61,938 nucleotides of DNA, filler included, from Choristocarpus tenellus KU-1152 (GCA_964200185.2; 6 parts of 6 records of this genome joined end to end with filler, not necessarily neighbours in it); one strand, 5' to 3'; positions 13,501 to 28,082 are shown, counted from the whole stretch's first letter. Notes: generated by a model not told the origin, from the letters alone. Made by a program: numbers and translations.

Positions 13501-16500
13501 CCCAGGAAACATCTACAAAGTGTTAGTTTGCATATTGCTACTACCTAGAATCATGGAGGAGCACACAAAATGGTATGCAAGCTACTAACACCGTGTGCCA
13601 TCTCGTCACAGCACTCTTCTTGTGAAGGGGATGAACACTCTCACCATGCAGGGAGGAAGAAAGGGATCCCTGGCCCCCCCTTTCCTCCCCCCCGTGCTTC
13701 TGAATCACCTGCAAGCTTTGGTGTGCGTGACACAGGGATTTGGTATGATTTGATGCCGCAGGCTCATACCTTTATAAATTAAGGGGCATTTTTTTTTTGG
13801 AGGAGGGAGCGAGTTTCTTACTAAAATCCAGGATGTACATCATTCCCTCCAAATAAGAATTACATGGATCCAAAGTAAACAAAAGGGACCCAGGTTTTGC
13901 CCATTCTGCACTTTAATATATAACATTACATTTTCTTTAAGTTCACCCGTATTTCTATAAATGATGTGCTAAGATTGACTTAAAGAGTGTCGTTTTTAAG
14001 CATTGCTAGAGAAGTTTTGACAGAATTCAAAAACGGTCCAGTTCATATTTGTGAAAAATGGTGAATTTTGTACCTATGTACCAACATCCTTAAAATGCAA
14101 CCCTGGGTACCTCTTGCGTACTTTGAATCTTGACACAAGAGTGAACTGAATAGGAGGATGGCAGAGAGGTACGATGTTATGATATGACTACTAACGGCAT
14201 AATATATTTGGCAAACACTGCTGTCAGCGGCTTCTTGCATGCTCCTACTTTACTACCAACTAATTGCAACCTTACATCATGCTCGGTATCCTGAAACCAC
14301 ATCCAAACTTGACTGCTGCTTAATGAATCGGGTAGACCTAAAGGTAATTTTGTTCTGTCTTGTTAAATTGGTGATGCAAGACATCAATGAATGGTCTTCA
14401 GCTCATCCCTCCAATGAGCAAAGATTACGTATCATTGTTCATAGACCGAGGGCAAAGATGGAGCAAGGGCAAAGAGCACCAACCATAAGGGTTCCAACCA
14501 AACACACAGAGAAGTCCAAAATAAGCATGATCTACTTGTCATGGCTGCAACACAGAACACTTCCCCCTTCACTGAATTCTACTAACCCCATCCTTTGTTC
14601 CTGATACTGCGAGTTGAGGTGAGGGGCATTCGAATTGAGCACCTATTTCCCCCCTGTTCACATTCCTCACCCGAGCCGAATCTCGCCCACACCAATGGAT
14701 GTACTACTGGTAAGATTCTTGTTCTTGATCTCCATCACCAGATGATTGTCATGGTCGATTCCCTGATAACAGTTGTGGCAAATGAATTGGACGGTGGTGC
14801 TCTGTGGGTAATCAGGGAGTTGGTGTGTGCTAGTAGTACACATTTTTCGTGGGGGGTGGTATATAAGAGAGGGAATTGATGCACAGGTGGGACGGGGGGT
14901 ATAACTTCCCAAAGAAATTGATGAGCAGGATGTAAGTGTGCCAACAACGGCATCATGGAAATGGTCCCAACAGGCCTGGTAGTGGATATAGCTCAAAGCA
15001 CAGACTACGTACAGGAGTTATACTTCATCTAGAGTGTTGAATCATAGTGATATGTCTGCTCACCTGTAGGCAACCAAGCAGTTTGAAGGGCAGGACTCTA
15101 ATAGGAGAAGCTCAGCAGAGTAGCTACATCCCATCTCCGACTTTAAATAGAATGAAATATTTTAAAATAGATACTGACTATAAATATAATTAAATACTTT
15201 ACAATAGATACGAATAAGATGCAAAATGTAATTACACTCTAACACAAGTTCGCATGTGACAAAGAACTACAGTGGTCCCTGCTGAACCCCTCCACTTCGG
15301 AGCCCCCTTCTTGCTTGTATTGGAACAGCCCTTGAGGACAGTCTAAATAAAACTCAGGCTTCAAGATAACAATATCAATCCAATCGCAACCCTTGGGAAG
15401 CTGGAGGGTAGGGTGTGTGATACTCAAGTCTCCTTCAAACTGTACACCACAAGAGCAGGCTGGTGGCGTGACTTCCATCAAGCCTCGGGTGGTTCTCAAC
15501 AACAGTTGGGTCAATCAATCTAACCCTTGTTTGCTTCCGAACACACATCGGACCTCACCAAAACCCTCAGAAAGCTCACTCGTGGAGTCTGTGGAGCTTG
15601 TCATAGGTCGAGGCCATGTGATGCACCAATTTGAGGTTTGATCGCGACATTATTGAGGCGTTTTTGGAATGATGAACTACACGCAATCTGCGTCCAACCT
15701 TTCCTTTCCGAGGGTTGCAAAGAGATCTCAGCCATAATTCCTATAGAAAAAGCCCATACCCAAGGCTGGGAAGGATTTGCTCATGCATTATTAATAACCG
15801 CTTACTGGAAAGGCCATTCTCCCACCCTTCTCCTGTAGCACACAGTCTTGAAAGAGGTTCAAGCTTCACACACACTACCCCTGACATTGACAAAGGTTGT
15901 GATCAGATCCATATCCTGCTGCCAAGCCATAGTTCATGCCTGAGTGTGATTAGTTCAATAGTCCCTCACGTATGTTCCATAGTAAGCAGGGGAGAGAATC
16001 TTCTATTAATGGGTGGGGGGCATACATACACTGTACATAAATCACAAATCTCATCTCTATCCCTAGTGAACTGTCCACGGCCCAAATACTCATGTTTTCA
16101 CTGGCTGACGCAGTTTAAGATGACGCAGAAAGAGTGTATTCTATACACAATCATCCTTGGCAGAATATCTGAACACCCCTTACCTTTATATTGAACACGA
16201 ACAATTCATTCCAGGTGGCCATTCTGCCCCCACCCTTGTGGACCTTCGTCCTAACCTTCTCTCCGCCACGGCCAGCCCATATTTTGACGTAGGGGTCTTG
16301 TGATCCGATCATCTGAAGGAGATAGTGAGGACAGCCAAATTTAGTACAGAAATGTTGATGGCGGAGGGAATAACTGGGCTAAATTAAAGACCATCGTAGG
16401 CTGGCTTGTAAGGTTGATATCGATCTGACTTTGCATCTTTCAAAATCTTAGCTACCATGCTCTCCTCATGCAATATGTGCGCACGCACACTCCTTTGGCC

Positions 16501-17080
16501 ATCGAGCCGCGAGTGAAGTATAGGGCCAACACTTCCATTGCTTCGCATATTCAACATGGCAAAACGAGTAGCAATCGTGCCATGCCTGCCTTATCATGTT
16601 TCCTCGTGCCGACTTAGGGAAACTATTCTTGAATGCCATGGTTTCTGAGACAAGCTCAGTGAAAGCCAGTTAGCCTTCCTTTCTGTTTGATTTGTATCCT
16701 AATCTATTCCTCTCACACACCTTCTTTTTACGTCGCCAGAGGTACTATAGCACATGAAAAGTAATCGTGTGTCATCAGGGCCACCCCGTGTGTTTGTCAG
16801 GAAAAATTCCAGCCGTACAGAACTCATGTGAATCAACAGCTAACAACATCCCACCAACTTGCTGCATTTCTTCAAGGACGATGCCTTTGATGGCTATCTT
16901 TTGTGACATGCTCGATCACCGAAGAGAATTCGTCAGTCGTAGGAACTTTCGAGGCTATTGCCTCGGACTGCAGGCAGTGGCCATCCAGATGAGGCAACGG
17001 CTTACCTGCACCACCTTGAGCTGCTCCGCACTCTTTACACATATGACAAGGAGCATCGAATCACTTTCTGGAATGGGCAT
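9983..17080 (-). CDS. C2-domain protein with Gly/Pro/Met/Tyr-rich tail (7-exon model)
   Basis: Exons 17080-17006 (MPIPESDSMLLVICVKSAEQLKVVQ; in-frame stop upstream), 16312-16184 (MIGSQDPYVKIWAG..RTKVHKGGGRMATWNELFVFNIK), 14762-14671 (GIDHDNHLVMEIKNKNLTSSTSIGVGEIRL) and 12611-12465 (..WYSIYDSKGQEAGKILVEG..) join GT-AG in phase into a full C2 fold. Exons 11881-11770, 11038-11018 and 10195-9983 are phase-compatible but tentative. Confidence 0.85.
10514..10651. repeat. (GT)n microsatellite followed by an 11-bp TGTGTGTGTTA tandem array
   Basis: Directly visible; lies in the last predicted intron of the C2 gene. Confidence 0.95.
13867..14129. mobile_element. MITE subfamily D copy
   Basis: Imperfect TIRs GATCCAAAGTAAACAAAAGGGACCCAGG / CCCTGGGTACCTCTTGCGTACTTTGAATC. 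Homologous to copies at 22300, 23829 and 33792. Confidence 0.75.
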
Positions 17081-18262
17081 TTCCGTTCCGTCTTGTTGTC
17101 AATATGGGTGGGAATTTCCTCAAGTATCTCTAAACTCCCGATTTTTGAAGTCCCACAAATTATCCTAACTTTTGCAAGAGGCAGTTCCACGTTGTTGCAG
17201 CCTCTCTGTACTTACTCTCTCTCAGGTTCAATACCGAGATTTCACACCCTTCTACTCTCTTCTTGTTCTGTGGACGGGAGACACAACACACTGAGCAATC
17301 AAGGAATTCGAGTATCGATTCTGGACAACGTATGTTTTGAGAGAACCATAAATAGGTATGGAATGTGAATGGAAACGATTTAATATGGATCTATTTAACC
17401 ATCCTGTACATTGTTGATCCTAATTTAGTAGCTGGTTATACGAAAATAACTAAAAACTATACACTCACCCAACAATTCTGGAACTGCCCACAATTCCAAG
17501 AGGTGTTGAAAGAAAGAAATAGATTCAAAAATAGATAATAAAGATTGGAATATTGGAATAGTCCGGGATCGTACTTCTTACACGTTCGTACAAGATTCAT
17601 GGCCACTTTCACTTTTCGCCTGTGACAGAAAGAATCAGTTTTTCAGCACTCTGACTCACAATTGGCCGCAACTTTTTGCACTTTAGACGAAGATGGAAGA
17701 GTCGTCAACACCAAAAGGAAAACGTCAGATGGTCTTCCAAGAAGGCTACCACCACCAGCACAGAAAAATAGAGCGTTCTATGTTCCATTAAGGTTTACAG
17801 CAGATGGTGAAACTATTAATGAGACCTGAGAAGTGGGACAATCCATTGTTGAAGTTAAAATACTACTGTACTACACTACAACAGATACATTTACTCAGAA
17901 ATAGTCTAAATATTACTGTACTTTTATCAATTTAATTCCCGAGATCGCAAATATTTAACTGCAACAACATTAGTACCAGTAGAAATAGTTATGCATACCT
18001 CACAACGTGCAAATTCGAGTGACTGCATTTTTGATTTCGTAGGAGGGTAATTGTGAAGGAGGGACAATTTCAACTATATTAAAAAAACTGGTTTTTCGGT
18101 ATTTGTCACGGATACGGTATGACTGAAAGAAAAACCGTTGGCATATCAAATATTTATCTTCCATGACAAAATGTACAATAATCCATTATGCTGCTGCAGC
18201 TGAGGCGCGAAAGCGCACCCACTACGAGGGCTCCTTTGATCCTCGTAGTTATAACCTCAACA

Positions 18263-18362
18263 NNNNNNNNNNNNNNNNNNNNNNNNNNNNNNNNNNNNNN
18301 NNNNNNTTAATTAATTAANNNNNNNNNNNNNNNNNNNNNNNNNNNNNNNNNNNNNNNNNNNN
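18263..18362. other. Artificial contig linker (44N-TTAATTAATTAA-44N)
   Basis: The identical 100-bp spacer, with stops in all six frames, recurs five times. Confidence 0.97.
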
Positions 18363-20705
18363 CATGCCAAAACCGTTACCGGCTCCCCCTCGGGGGGCCC
18401 ATCTGTCCTTGTCCTTTTGGCTTGGTCGAGGTCGCTTCCAAATCGTAGCGATGCCCTCCACAAGTACCGAATATTTTTGACCAAAAATATATCCCATTCG
18501 TAGCGGGGCCCTTCAAAAGTGCCGCAATATTTACAAAAAAAACATACGGGTACTTTCCACGCAGCATTTTGGGTTAAACCCATCCTCCATAGTATGCTCC
18601 ATCCTCAATTTTAGTGATCGGCTGCTTGATGAGCAACAAGTCACTGACTATTATTGCGCTGCTAGAAGAAACACTTCACACAGAACTTCCGTTGTTTAAC
18701 GACCATGTGGACATTTTTTGGGTGTTACCAACCTCACTCTTGTATAAATAGGGTTTCAATACGTTACTAGTTCGTATAAAGACACCTAATAGCCCTCACC
18801 CAAATATCACGTATCGTTGTGGGTGTCTTTGACATAAATGCCACAAGAAAAAGGTTTTCAAACTACATCTTACAGGCCAACGATCTCGAAGAAGGGCATT
18901 TGCCATTCAATCGCCACCATTTGAACATAATGAAATTTGGTGTTTATTGGTGTTGTTGACGATCCTTGGCCGGCCTAGATAGTAATATTTCTTACCCCTG
19001 CCACTATTTATGTATTATCTGAAGACCTTGGGCAGCAATGGTCACACCTATTCGTATCTTTTGTAAACCTCTCAATAACCGTTACAGACAACGTACCGTT
19101 AGAAACAGAACATGCACTTTGTAAAATATATATTTGTACATATTTTATGGCTTTGTTTCTTGCTACGGACTGTTGTCCATGTCAGAATTAGGACCTCTCT
19201 GGTGCCACAAGGAATATACTGTCTGAGATGCTTCGACAGCAAGTCTTGTTTGAAGTGGTGTTCTTATCTCCATTTTCTCGATACTTTCAGATCTGTTGCA
19301 TAAAATACGTAACCGTCCCTTAATTACAACAGCAAGCAGTCTCTTTATGCACAACAGCACCCCAGCAAAGCAGTCCACCTTCGACAATTAACATTTAGCA
19401 GTATTGCCTATATCTGCTCATTCAGCACTGGAAAAACGCAAGAGCAAGAAACCGGCAATGTACTTCAAAGTACTTGTACAAGTATGTTTTATATGTTCAA
19501 ATGCAGTCAGTTGTAGAGGACAACTGAGAAGGTGCAAAGATAACAATCTTCCTCCAAGAGATACTACCTCAAATGACTTGCCAGGTAGTGACATACACAC
19601 CATAACCAAACACTTTGCCAGTGGAACCAGATAGTTGACAGGCAAGAGTCAACTTTCCATCCAGTCATACACACCATCAGAAGCACATACTTCGAAACAT
19701 GACTCATAGTGCTTCAAAATCCAAGAACATTGTATCTCTGACTCTGTGTACACGGGATGAAGGTTGACAAACAAATCATCACAAGCCGCAATCTAGTGTG
19801 TACAACCTACTATCCTCGCCTCTTCTCATGGCCATGTCAATTGGGCAATGACCAGAAGCGCACCCAGAAACAACGCTTCATTTACCTAATGCAAACCTGA
19901 TCCCAATGACAATCCTGATCATTAGGCATATTCGAGAATGACAGAGGGGCCTCACACATTACAAACCTACATCAGCCAAAAGTCATGTGCATTCATTTCA
20001 CAGCCCACTGCCGCCTGCCCCTTCAATTTGAACCTCAGCCCAAAGTAGTAGCCCCTGCCACCACACCCAAACCAACCCTGACCCCTATCCCCATAGCATC
20101 AGAAGCAGATGCAAAGGACTGCGCACACAGCATTCCCACAATTCCTTCCCTGGGCATTGCCTATTCTTCCCTCCAGTGTAAAGAAAAATAGAACAAGAAG
20201 AAGACTTTTCTTCTATATGCCCATGCACATCAAACACTCATGATACATCTGGTTCACTACTCCTTCTCCTTCCATGTACTTGGGAAAGGGTTAAGGGATC
20301 ACGATCGATTCCATAACTAAAACAAAATCCCTTCTATCAATAAGCCTTCTTGTTTAGCCTACATGGTGAAAGATACGTCTACAAAAGGGAAGACCTGGTG
20401 GGAGATAAGCAAACTAAAACAAAGGCCATCAGTCCAACCAGAAAGGATCACCCAACAGGGCACGGGAGCACATTGTTTGGTGTGCCCTTCTGTCCCTTGC
20501 TCCCATTTGTGCCCTTACAAAAGAGCAACAGATTAGGACAGAGTGGCATATTCTATCAAGACCATGATGCCGACAGGAATGCAGGCCACAATGCACAACA
20601 AATCATCCCTTCCAAGTCTTTCGGACTCCTTCTACCTACCAGAGAGCAGTACTCTTCACATTTTCAGTCCACACTTCTGCACACTAACCATTTACCCATC
20701 CCTCT

Positions 20706-20787
20706 TCACCGCCACCCGGTAGCGGCACGTGACTGAAGACCTACACTGGATGACCTTGGAGCACCAACCTTGGCGGGAGCTGTTTGC

Positions 20788-20822
<35 letters not shown>

Positions 20823-23800
20823 AGGAATGGCATGGATGAAAGAAGGTTACTTGGGTGAGATGTTGAAGTATCACTGGGTTACAAACTGAGCTACTATGTG
20901 TTCCCATGGACAAAAAAAATTAACTTCAAAAAACGCATCTTCAAACATAGATCTACTTCACAGAAGTACTCTGCAAAGCTCATGACTTAGATTACTTGAC
21001 ATCAACAACCATCTACATCGCAGCATGCACTGAGACACCCTTAAAGCAAAGAGGACAAAACTCCCCAATCTACAAGCCCTGCATGCCGTGATATATGCAT
21101 CCCAATGCTACACAGTGCGCATTCTCCACCAACAGACCAGAACCCTAACCCTAATTCAAACAATGCATACTTTCTACAAGACAGTGCATCTCTCCTTATC
21201 CCCCCCCCCCCCCCCCCAATAAAAACAGGCTCCTCATATCTCAAAGTACACAGTTACACTGTCAACAAGTCAGCATTTCACCCAGTCCCCCTATATCCTC
21301 CCTATCCCACCTCAACCTCAACACCCACATCTCACCTCCCACGACTGCTCAAACTCCCATGCTGGCTCAGCGCAGTCTCACCCAACTTCCTCTCTCTGCT
21401 TAAGCTGTGGACTGTCCTACTCTCTACCCGATTGCCTCCACTCCCTGTCCTCTTTCTCCCTCGCCCCTCCTTCAACCCCATTGACCCAGACAGTCCAGTT
21501 GAAGAAGACACACCTGTCCCTGTCCCTGTCCCTGTCCCTTGAGGTGTGCAAAAGCTCCTACCAAAGTGAGCACCACCTCCGCCACTATCACCTCCCTTAC
21601 ATGGCTGCTGTGACCACCCTAACCCTGTAGGCGTGCCAAACCTCTCACTACAGTTGTTCTCCTTACCCCCAAGTACACCAGATGCAGATTCCACGTGACT
21701 GTGGCCACGGCGAGTGGGGGGAAGCCCTGCCCCAGATCCAATGCTAGAGCTGGACCCAGAGCCTTTACCGTTACGAGGGCTGGGCCCAGCAGGGTTAGGA
21801 CTGTGACCAGAGACTGGGTCGCTGTAGATGGCAAGACCAGGGGATGTGCTATTTCCAGATGAAGGAGAGGGAGTTGAAGACACCACATTTAAGGAGCCTC
21901 TCCCTAAGGAGTCACAGGGGCAAAAAACATATTGTTTAGTGCAACCGAGACACTAAAAATCAGGTGAAACATTCAGAAACAAATGGACACAAAAAAAATA
22001 ATAAATAAAAAAACAAACAACAGTATGTGGAATACACACCACACCACGCCACACACACAAGACAACACAACATTAAGTTTTCTTCCCTCAGCAAATCAAC
22101 CCGTTACATATTACATGCGTCAAAACGTCCATTCACCTCAACCACAACAGAACAAGGATTTTTTTTTAAACTACACTGAAAAAAAAATCACCACCAAAAA
22201 TGATAAAAACAGAAAAAAAAGTTCCAGAGGTCCAAGCGCTAAACCTTTACCGCCTTTATTCATCACCCGCTATGCATTACCTCCCCAACCTAACGTACTG
22301 ACCCAAAGTAGACAATAGGTACACCCAGGTTTTGGCCGTTCCACATAGAAAAAACAATTCTCTTTCAAACTTTCTCATCTAACCCATATTTCTACCCATC
22401 AAGTGCCAAGTTCGAACCAAGAGCAGTATTTACTATTATTATTTTTGATGATTTATTCGTTACCGTTCGAAAATGTTCGACAGAATATAGAAATTTCCTA
22501 CACACACACATGTTCAAACAAAAAAAATAAAAAATAAAATTTACACGTTTTTACCACCATCCTTAAAATGCAACTCTGGATTCCTCTTGCTAGCCCTAAC
22601 AACCCTAACCCTAACTACATTGTCCCAGGGTGCACAATACACCTACATCAATCAAATATCACATGGACACCATCACAGCCCACACACAACCAAAACATGA
22701 GCTTTTGAAACAAAAAAATACAAACCTCAAGAAAAAATAAACAATAACAAAAAAAAATCCCTTCAAGCCCAAAAAGACGTGGTGTACCTGGAATGCTTCC
22801 CCTTACACCAACCAGACCCCCTGCCTCAACAACACCATATCAAAAAGTTAACCAGCAGCACACACAACCTCCAAAACCTTCCCCTAACCCTAACCCCAAC
22901 CCCAACCCCAACATACACACCAACAGGCCTCACAAATCTTCAACTGCAGGTTCCAATCACAAATCATACATTCCTCAAGTTCAAAATTCCAAAAAAATGC
23001 AGCAACCTTTCGTGCCTGAGGTGTAGACCCCCCCCCCCGGCCTAGCAGTCCGCTTCTCCTTCTGTTTGTCCTCTTTCAGCTTCTTCTTCATGAACGACTC
23101 TTGCCTCTGGATCTTCTCGTTAAGGTTCTTATTCTCCCCCTTCAGTCGACTGACCTCAGTCCCAAGATGACGGAAGCGGTCCACCTAGATCCAAAAAAAA
23201 AAATCAAGTTTACCACCATTTCTACATCATTTCTACACCAGTGAGAGGTTCAAACATAAAAAAATGCAAAGTATCTGGGGGGGCTCTCCATTTGGGGCCC
23301 ATTTTTCCATGTCGCAATTTTGGGGTGATTTGTTTGATTGCATGCGTCGGATGGATAATGTGAGTGCACTTTTCCTGGTCAGGGCCTGAATGGACACTCT
23401 GGTGTAGATGCCCCAACACCAACCCCCCCCCCCCCCCCAAAATTTTATAACAAAACAAAACCAACAAAAAAAAAAAAAAACAAAACANNNNNNNNNNCCC
23501 CCCCAGATATTATATTTTGAGCCAAACACACAACAACAGACATCTGACCAAAGGAACACAGAGTCCACCGACAGCAATGGTGATGATGCTGCAAATAATA
23601 ATAATACACTTAACACAAATGATAGTAAATAATAAAAACAAAAAACTAACAGAAATAGAAACCACAATATAAACAATAAAAAGTTATGCTAATTCTCCGG
23701 AAAAATTATAATGATAATTATCACATACATAGTATCTTACTCCAAATATGCAAAAAGAAAAGTAGCAAACACAATCACAGGAGAACCTCTTTCTTTTTAT

Positions 23801-24385
23801 CTTACACAAATACTCTTCAACTGGCACGGACCCCAAGTAAACAAGAGGTATCCCCATCCAGGTTTTGACAGTTTAGCATAGTTTTTAGTTTTTTATTTTC
23901 TTTCAATTCACCATATATATTTATTCTACACATTGATTTCTTTTTATTGTTGTTCGAAACTCTTAGACAGGAAAATTCAGAAAATTTCAGAAAGTATCCT
24001 CAACGAATTTGAACAAAAGACAAATTTTACACATACTTTTCAGCATCCTCATTAAAATGCAACTCTGGGAACCCCTGGCTTACTTCAACTTACCACTAGC
24101 CTCATGGAGGGGAAAACAAACAAAGAACACAACATACAAAAAAGAAGACATTCAAAAAATAAAATATAAAAATAATAAAATCTACAAAAAGAATAAAATC
24201 TACAAAAAAGAAGACAACATTCAAAAAATAAAATATTAATAATAGTAAAATCTACAAAAAAGAAGACATTCAAAAATAAAATATAAAAAAGAACACAATA
24301 TACAAAACAAAAAAAAACACTCCCCCCTTCAAGTGCACGTCGATCTTCAACACAACATCATCACCACAACTACTTACATCACCCT

Positions 24386-24440
<55 letters not shown>

Positions 24441-27400
24441 CACACAAAACAGACACAAACCCTCCCGCCAACCCAACACAAAACCACCAAGGATACACAT
24501 ACCGTATGCCCATACACCAATTTACCTCTCCTCTCAGCTGTTGCAGCTCCACACTTGCCTCTCCAAGCCTCTTCTCTGCCTTCGCCCTCCTGATCATTTC
24601 CCCCTAGTGTGAAATGGACATCAACCACAGAGCGGCCAAAGTTTCACTGATTATTATTATTATTATTGTTATTATTATTATTATTATTATTACATAATTG
24701 ATCAAAAAAATAACATTAAAAAATGGGCATCCTTGCAATACTGGTTCGGTCCATTCCCTGACTGGTGCAAAAGCTTCAGGCGCTTGACTCTGAACAGTCT
24801 ATAGGCACACGATTTGTTTTCAACAGGTTGTCAGATAACACAAATTCCAAATTGATTGTGAATCTTGTGACTACCATCTCACCATTTCGTTGCCATTACA
24901 CAATTGTAATTATTTATTACTATTTTGTCAGAGGCGATGTGTGCTACTATTATATACACATACATACATACATACATACATATTACATGGCAAATACATT
25001 CAGCAGGTAGGGAGGGTACACTAGAAGGTGAAAAAAAAAAAAGTGTGATCCACCTAAAAAAAAGTTTTGAGATATTAGGGTCAATGAGCTCCCATCTTTT
25101 CTTCTGGAGTGGAGGAGTATTGGGTGTTTTGTAAGGTGGGCAGCCTATCAGGTCTATAGGAACTCCTACATAATATATAATATATATAGGCATCATCACT
25201 TCATCGGAACTCACAATACTTTTTTTTTAATTAATAAAGAAAGAAATACCAGTGTTTCAAAATAAATCAGGGTTCTCAGTTCCGTCAGCAATACAGTATG
25301 AAGAATAAAAAAGAGAGGACGGTGAGTATGTGGAACACAATGTGAAATGTTTGGAGGAAAACGCATAGCATCATCCATACAACTCCACCAAGTGGCGACT
25401 TATCCGAAAGTCAGTAGTAGTAAGGAGGAAATTTCTGGATTACTCAGAGGCCCGTCGGGGCTAGATTTAATTGTTCTAAGTTAAACACTCCAAATAAAGA
25501 ACATCAAAATATACATACACAAACATACATCTATATATATATGTGTGTGTGTGTGCGCGTGTGTGAAACACTTGCACATACAAGCACAAAATCCCCCACA
25601 AACACACATAGGCTATTATATTAATATATACGCACAACATACACTACATAAGATAACACAAAGCATGTAACACACACACAACACAACACAACACAACATA
25701 ACACACACATGACACACAAAACACATTGACTAGATCCAGCAGCACACAACTTGTGTCCATAACCATCACAAAACCACCGTACAAGAAAAAATTATTTATT
25801 TATACACACCTAAGGAACATTCAATTCTCAAATCTATCAAGTCTCACCTGAAGTGCAGTCTCGGCCTTGCGCCCTCTGCCAGTGACCTCCTCCTTAAGTG
25901 AGGCCAAGTATGCATTAACCTCTCGGGTCTTTTCCTTCGCCTCCTCCAACTGCTTCCCCAGAACCTCTATCCTATCCCCCTGGGACTTTTCAATGTTTGC
26001 ATTGTCCTCCTCCACTTGTGACATCTGAAATATAATATTTTCATAGAGGTGTGTGTGTGTGTGTGTGTGTGTTAAAAAACCTTTTCTTCATCTACCGACC
26101 TGCCCAGTTGCCTGCCTGGTTGCTTGCCTGCCCTTAAGTCCATCTACCTGCCTGCCTAGTTGCCTGTCTGCCCTTAAGTCTCTCTATCTGCCTGCCTAGT
26201 TCCTTGCCTGCCCTTAAGTCCATCTACCTGCCTACCTACCTGCCTACCTACCTGCCTACCTACCTGATTGTTCATCTACCTACCATTTGCCTGAATGACA
26301 CACACACAACACTCGTGGTTTCAAGTCAAGACTTAGCATCACAATACCCTTACAGGGAACACTAAAATTGTTTCCGATTCCTGTGAAAGGATCTTTGTTT
26401 GACACACCTCTAGGTCGCTAAACTACAGACGCCTGTACACCATGGATACCTGCCACAAAAACCTATCTTCCAAATACTTCTATCTGCAATTAAATGCAGT
26501 TGATTGCTTGGGTATCTCAATATACATCCAGAACAACAGGACACAGATGTCAAGAATCCCAATCCACACGGGTGGTCCAACATCTGTCTTCGTTATATTC
26601 ATTAAATTATTGTATTCATTATATTCCTTAAATTAATTATATTTAATATATTCATTAAATTCACTAAATTAATGTTGTAGCAACTACATTACTCAGAGCA
26701 AGAAAACTCGGAAGGAGAAAGTCCCCTGTGCCTAAAATAGTCTTCATACTACAATAACTAGTGATACAAGAATTAACACAACAATAATAACAAAAATGAA
26801 TATATATATATACATTTCCCAACCAATACATACACTTGTAGCATACCTATACCCTCTGCTTGCAAGTCATTCATTCAGTTTAAGATAAATAAAAAAGAAT
26901 AAAAAATCTGTAATAGAACCCTCTTTAAAATGGATGACAAAAAACACAAAATCATTTATCACTTCAAAATACTAAAATAATAAAAATTACAACTAATAAA
27001 TATTACAAAATAATTAAAATTACAAAGAAGAACTTATCATCTCTTTCAAAGTGACCAACGAAGATAGATAGATAGATAGATAGACAGATAGCACACACTC
27101 TCCATGCCATCACCAATAACCGACCACAAAGCCAGGGAGGAAAACAGGGAGGATTAAGGAGGTTGGGGGCCGGGAATTACCTGCCTCTCCAGCTGCTCTA
27201 TCTTGAGTTTGTTCGCTCTCTCAGCATCCTCCAACCTGCAAGATGGGGTAGGAAGCCGACGAATGAGAGTCACAAAGATCAACCCTATTCTCACCACATT
27301 AATCAAACACGATATCAGATAACATGATATCAAATAACATCATATCAGATAACACGATATCAGATAACACGATATCAGATAACACGATATCAGATTACAA

Positions 27401-27679
27401 GATATCAGATTACACAATATCAGATAACATGATATCATATCAGAAGTATGACACACCAATCGGACAAATACCATTCACAAAACAAACACTACACCCACAG
27501 AGATACTAAACAAAAGCGCCTGATGAGAACTCCCACCCAGCACTATCCTTAACTGATCACCATGCTTTGCACAAGACAAGGAAGGCATCACCAGTACCTC
27601 AGTCATGTCACATAACCCCAAAAAAAAAAAAAAATTGGCAACAAAACGAACATAGAAAACACACCAAGAAATCAGAAAA

Positions 27680-27721
<42 letters not shown>

Positions 27722-27982
27722 TAACTTCAGACTATGCTGCCATGCATACACCACAAGAATCACTGAGGGTACAAATCATTCACCTCTCCCACCTCCCACC
27801 CCCATACCTCAATTTTTACAATATATATAAAAACAACAACAACAACCTAAAAAAAAAATTATCCTCTTGTGAGACGATATGCAATAAAAAAAAAATCAAA
27901 CTTCAAAAAAAAACACCCACTTCTTCTTGGCTGCTTGTACGTCTTGATTAGCCTTGTGCAGCTTTCTATCCAGCTCATGCCG
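20706..27982 (-). CDS. Coiled-coil protein with Ser/Gly-rich disordered C-terminus (5'-truncated by contig edge)
   Basis: Phase-consistent GT-AG exons 27982-27921 (RHELDRKLHKANQDVQAAKK), 27235-27181 (LEDAERANKLKIEQLERQ), 26024-25848, 24603-24526, 23184-23007, 21903-21336 and 20787-20706 (ends TGA). E/K/L/Q heptad-like composition; family not recognised. Confidence 0.8.
22300..22592. mobile_element. MITE subfamily D copy, right TIR truncated
   Basis: GACCCAAAGTAGACAATAGGTACACCCAGGTTTTG ... CATCCTTAAAATGCAACTCTGGATTCCTCTTGCTA, then CCCTAA repeats. Confidence 0.7.
23247..23523. mobile_element. MITE subfamily B copy
   Basis: CAAAGTATCTGGGGGGG...GCATGCGTCGGATGGATAATGTGAGTGCAC...CTGGTGTAGA...CCCCCAGATA..TTTGAGCC. 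Matches 55886 and 56645; contains a 10-N gap. Confidence 0.8.
23829..24090. mobile_element. MITE subfamily D copy
   Basis: GACCCCAAGTAAACAAGAGGTA..CCAGGTTTTG ... TAAAATGCAACTCTGGGAACCCCTGGCTTACTTC. Confidence 0.7.
26095..26295. repeat. Degenerate CCTG/CCTA tetranucleotide-derived tandem repeat
   Basis: Three copies of CTGCCCTTAAGTC, then (CCTA/CCTG)n; intronic. Confidence 0.85.
27308..27445. repeat. 15-bp minisatellite (CACGATATCAGATAA), about 9 copies
   Basis: Directly visible tandem units; intronic. Confidence 0.95.
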
Positions 27983-28082
27983 NNNNNNNNNNNNNNNNNN
28001 NNNNNNNNNNNNNNNNNNNNNNNNNNTTAATTAATTAANNNNNNNNNNNNNNNNNNNNNNNNNNNNNNNNNNNNNNNNNNNN
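27983..28082. other. Artificial contig linker
   Basis: 44N-TTAATTAATTAA-44N. Confidence 0.97.

Noticed and set aside
15240-15960. Coding-like stretch within C2-gene intron 2
   Set aside because: Stops in the candidate frames, and the C2 domain is complete without it.
18307-18318. Palindromic TTAATTAATTAA as a biological motif
   Set aside because: Always centred in identical N padding; a synthetic linker.
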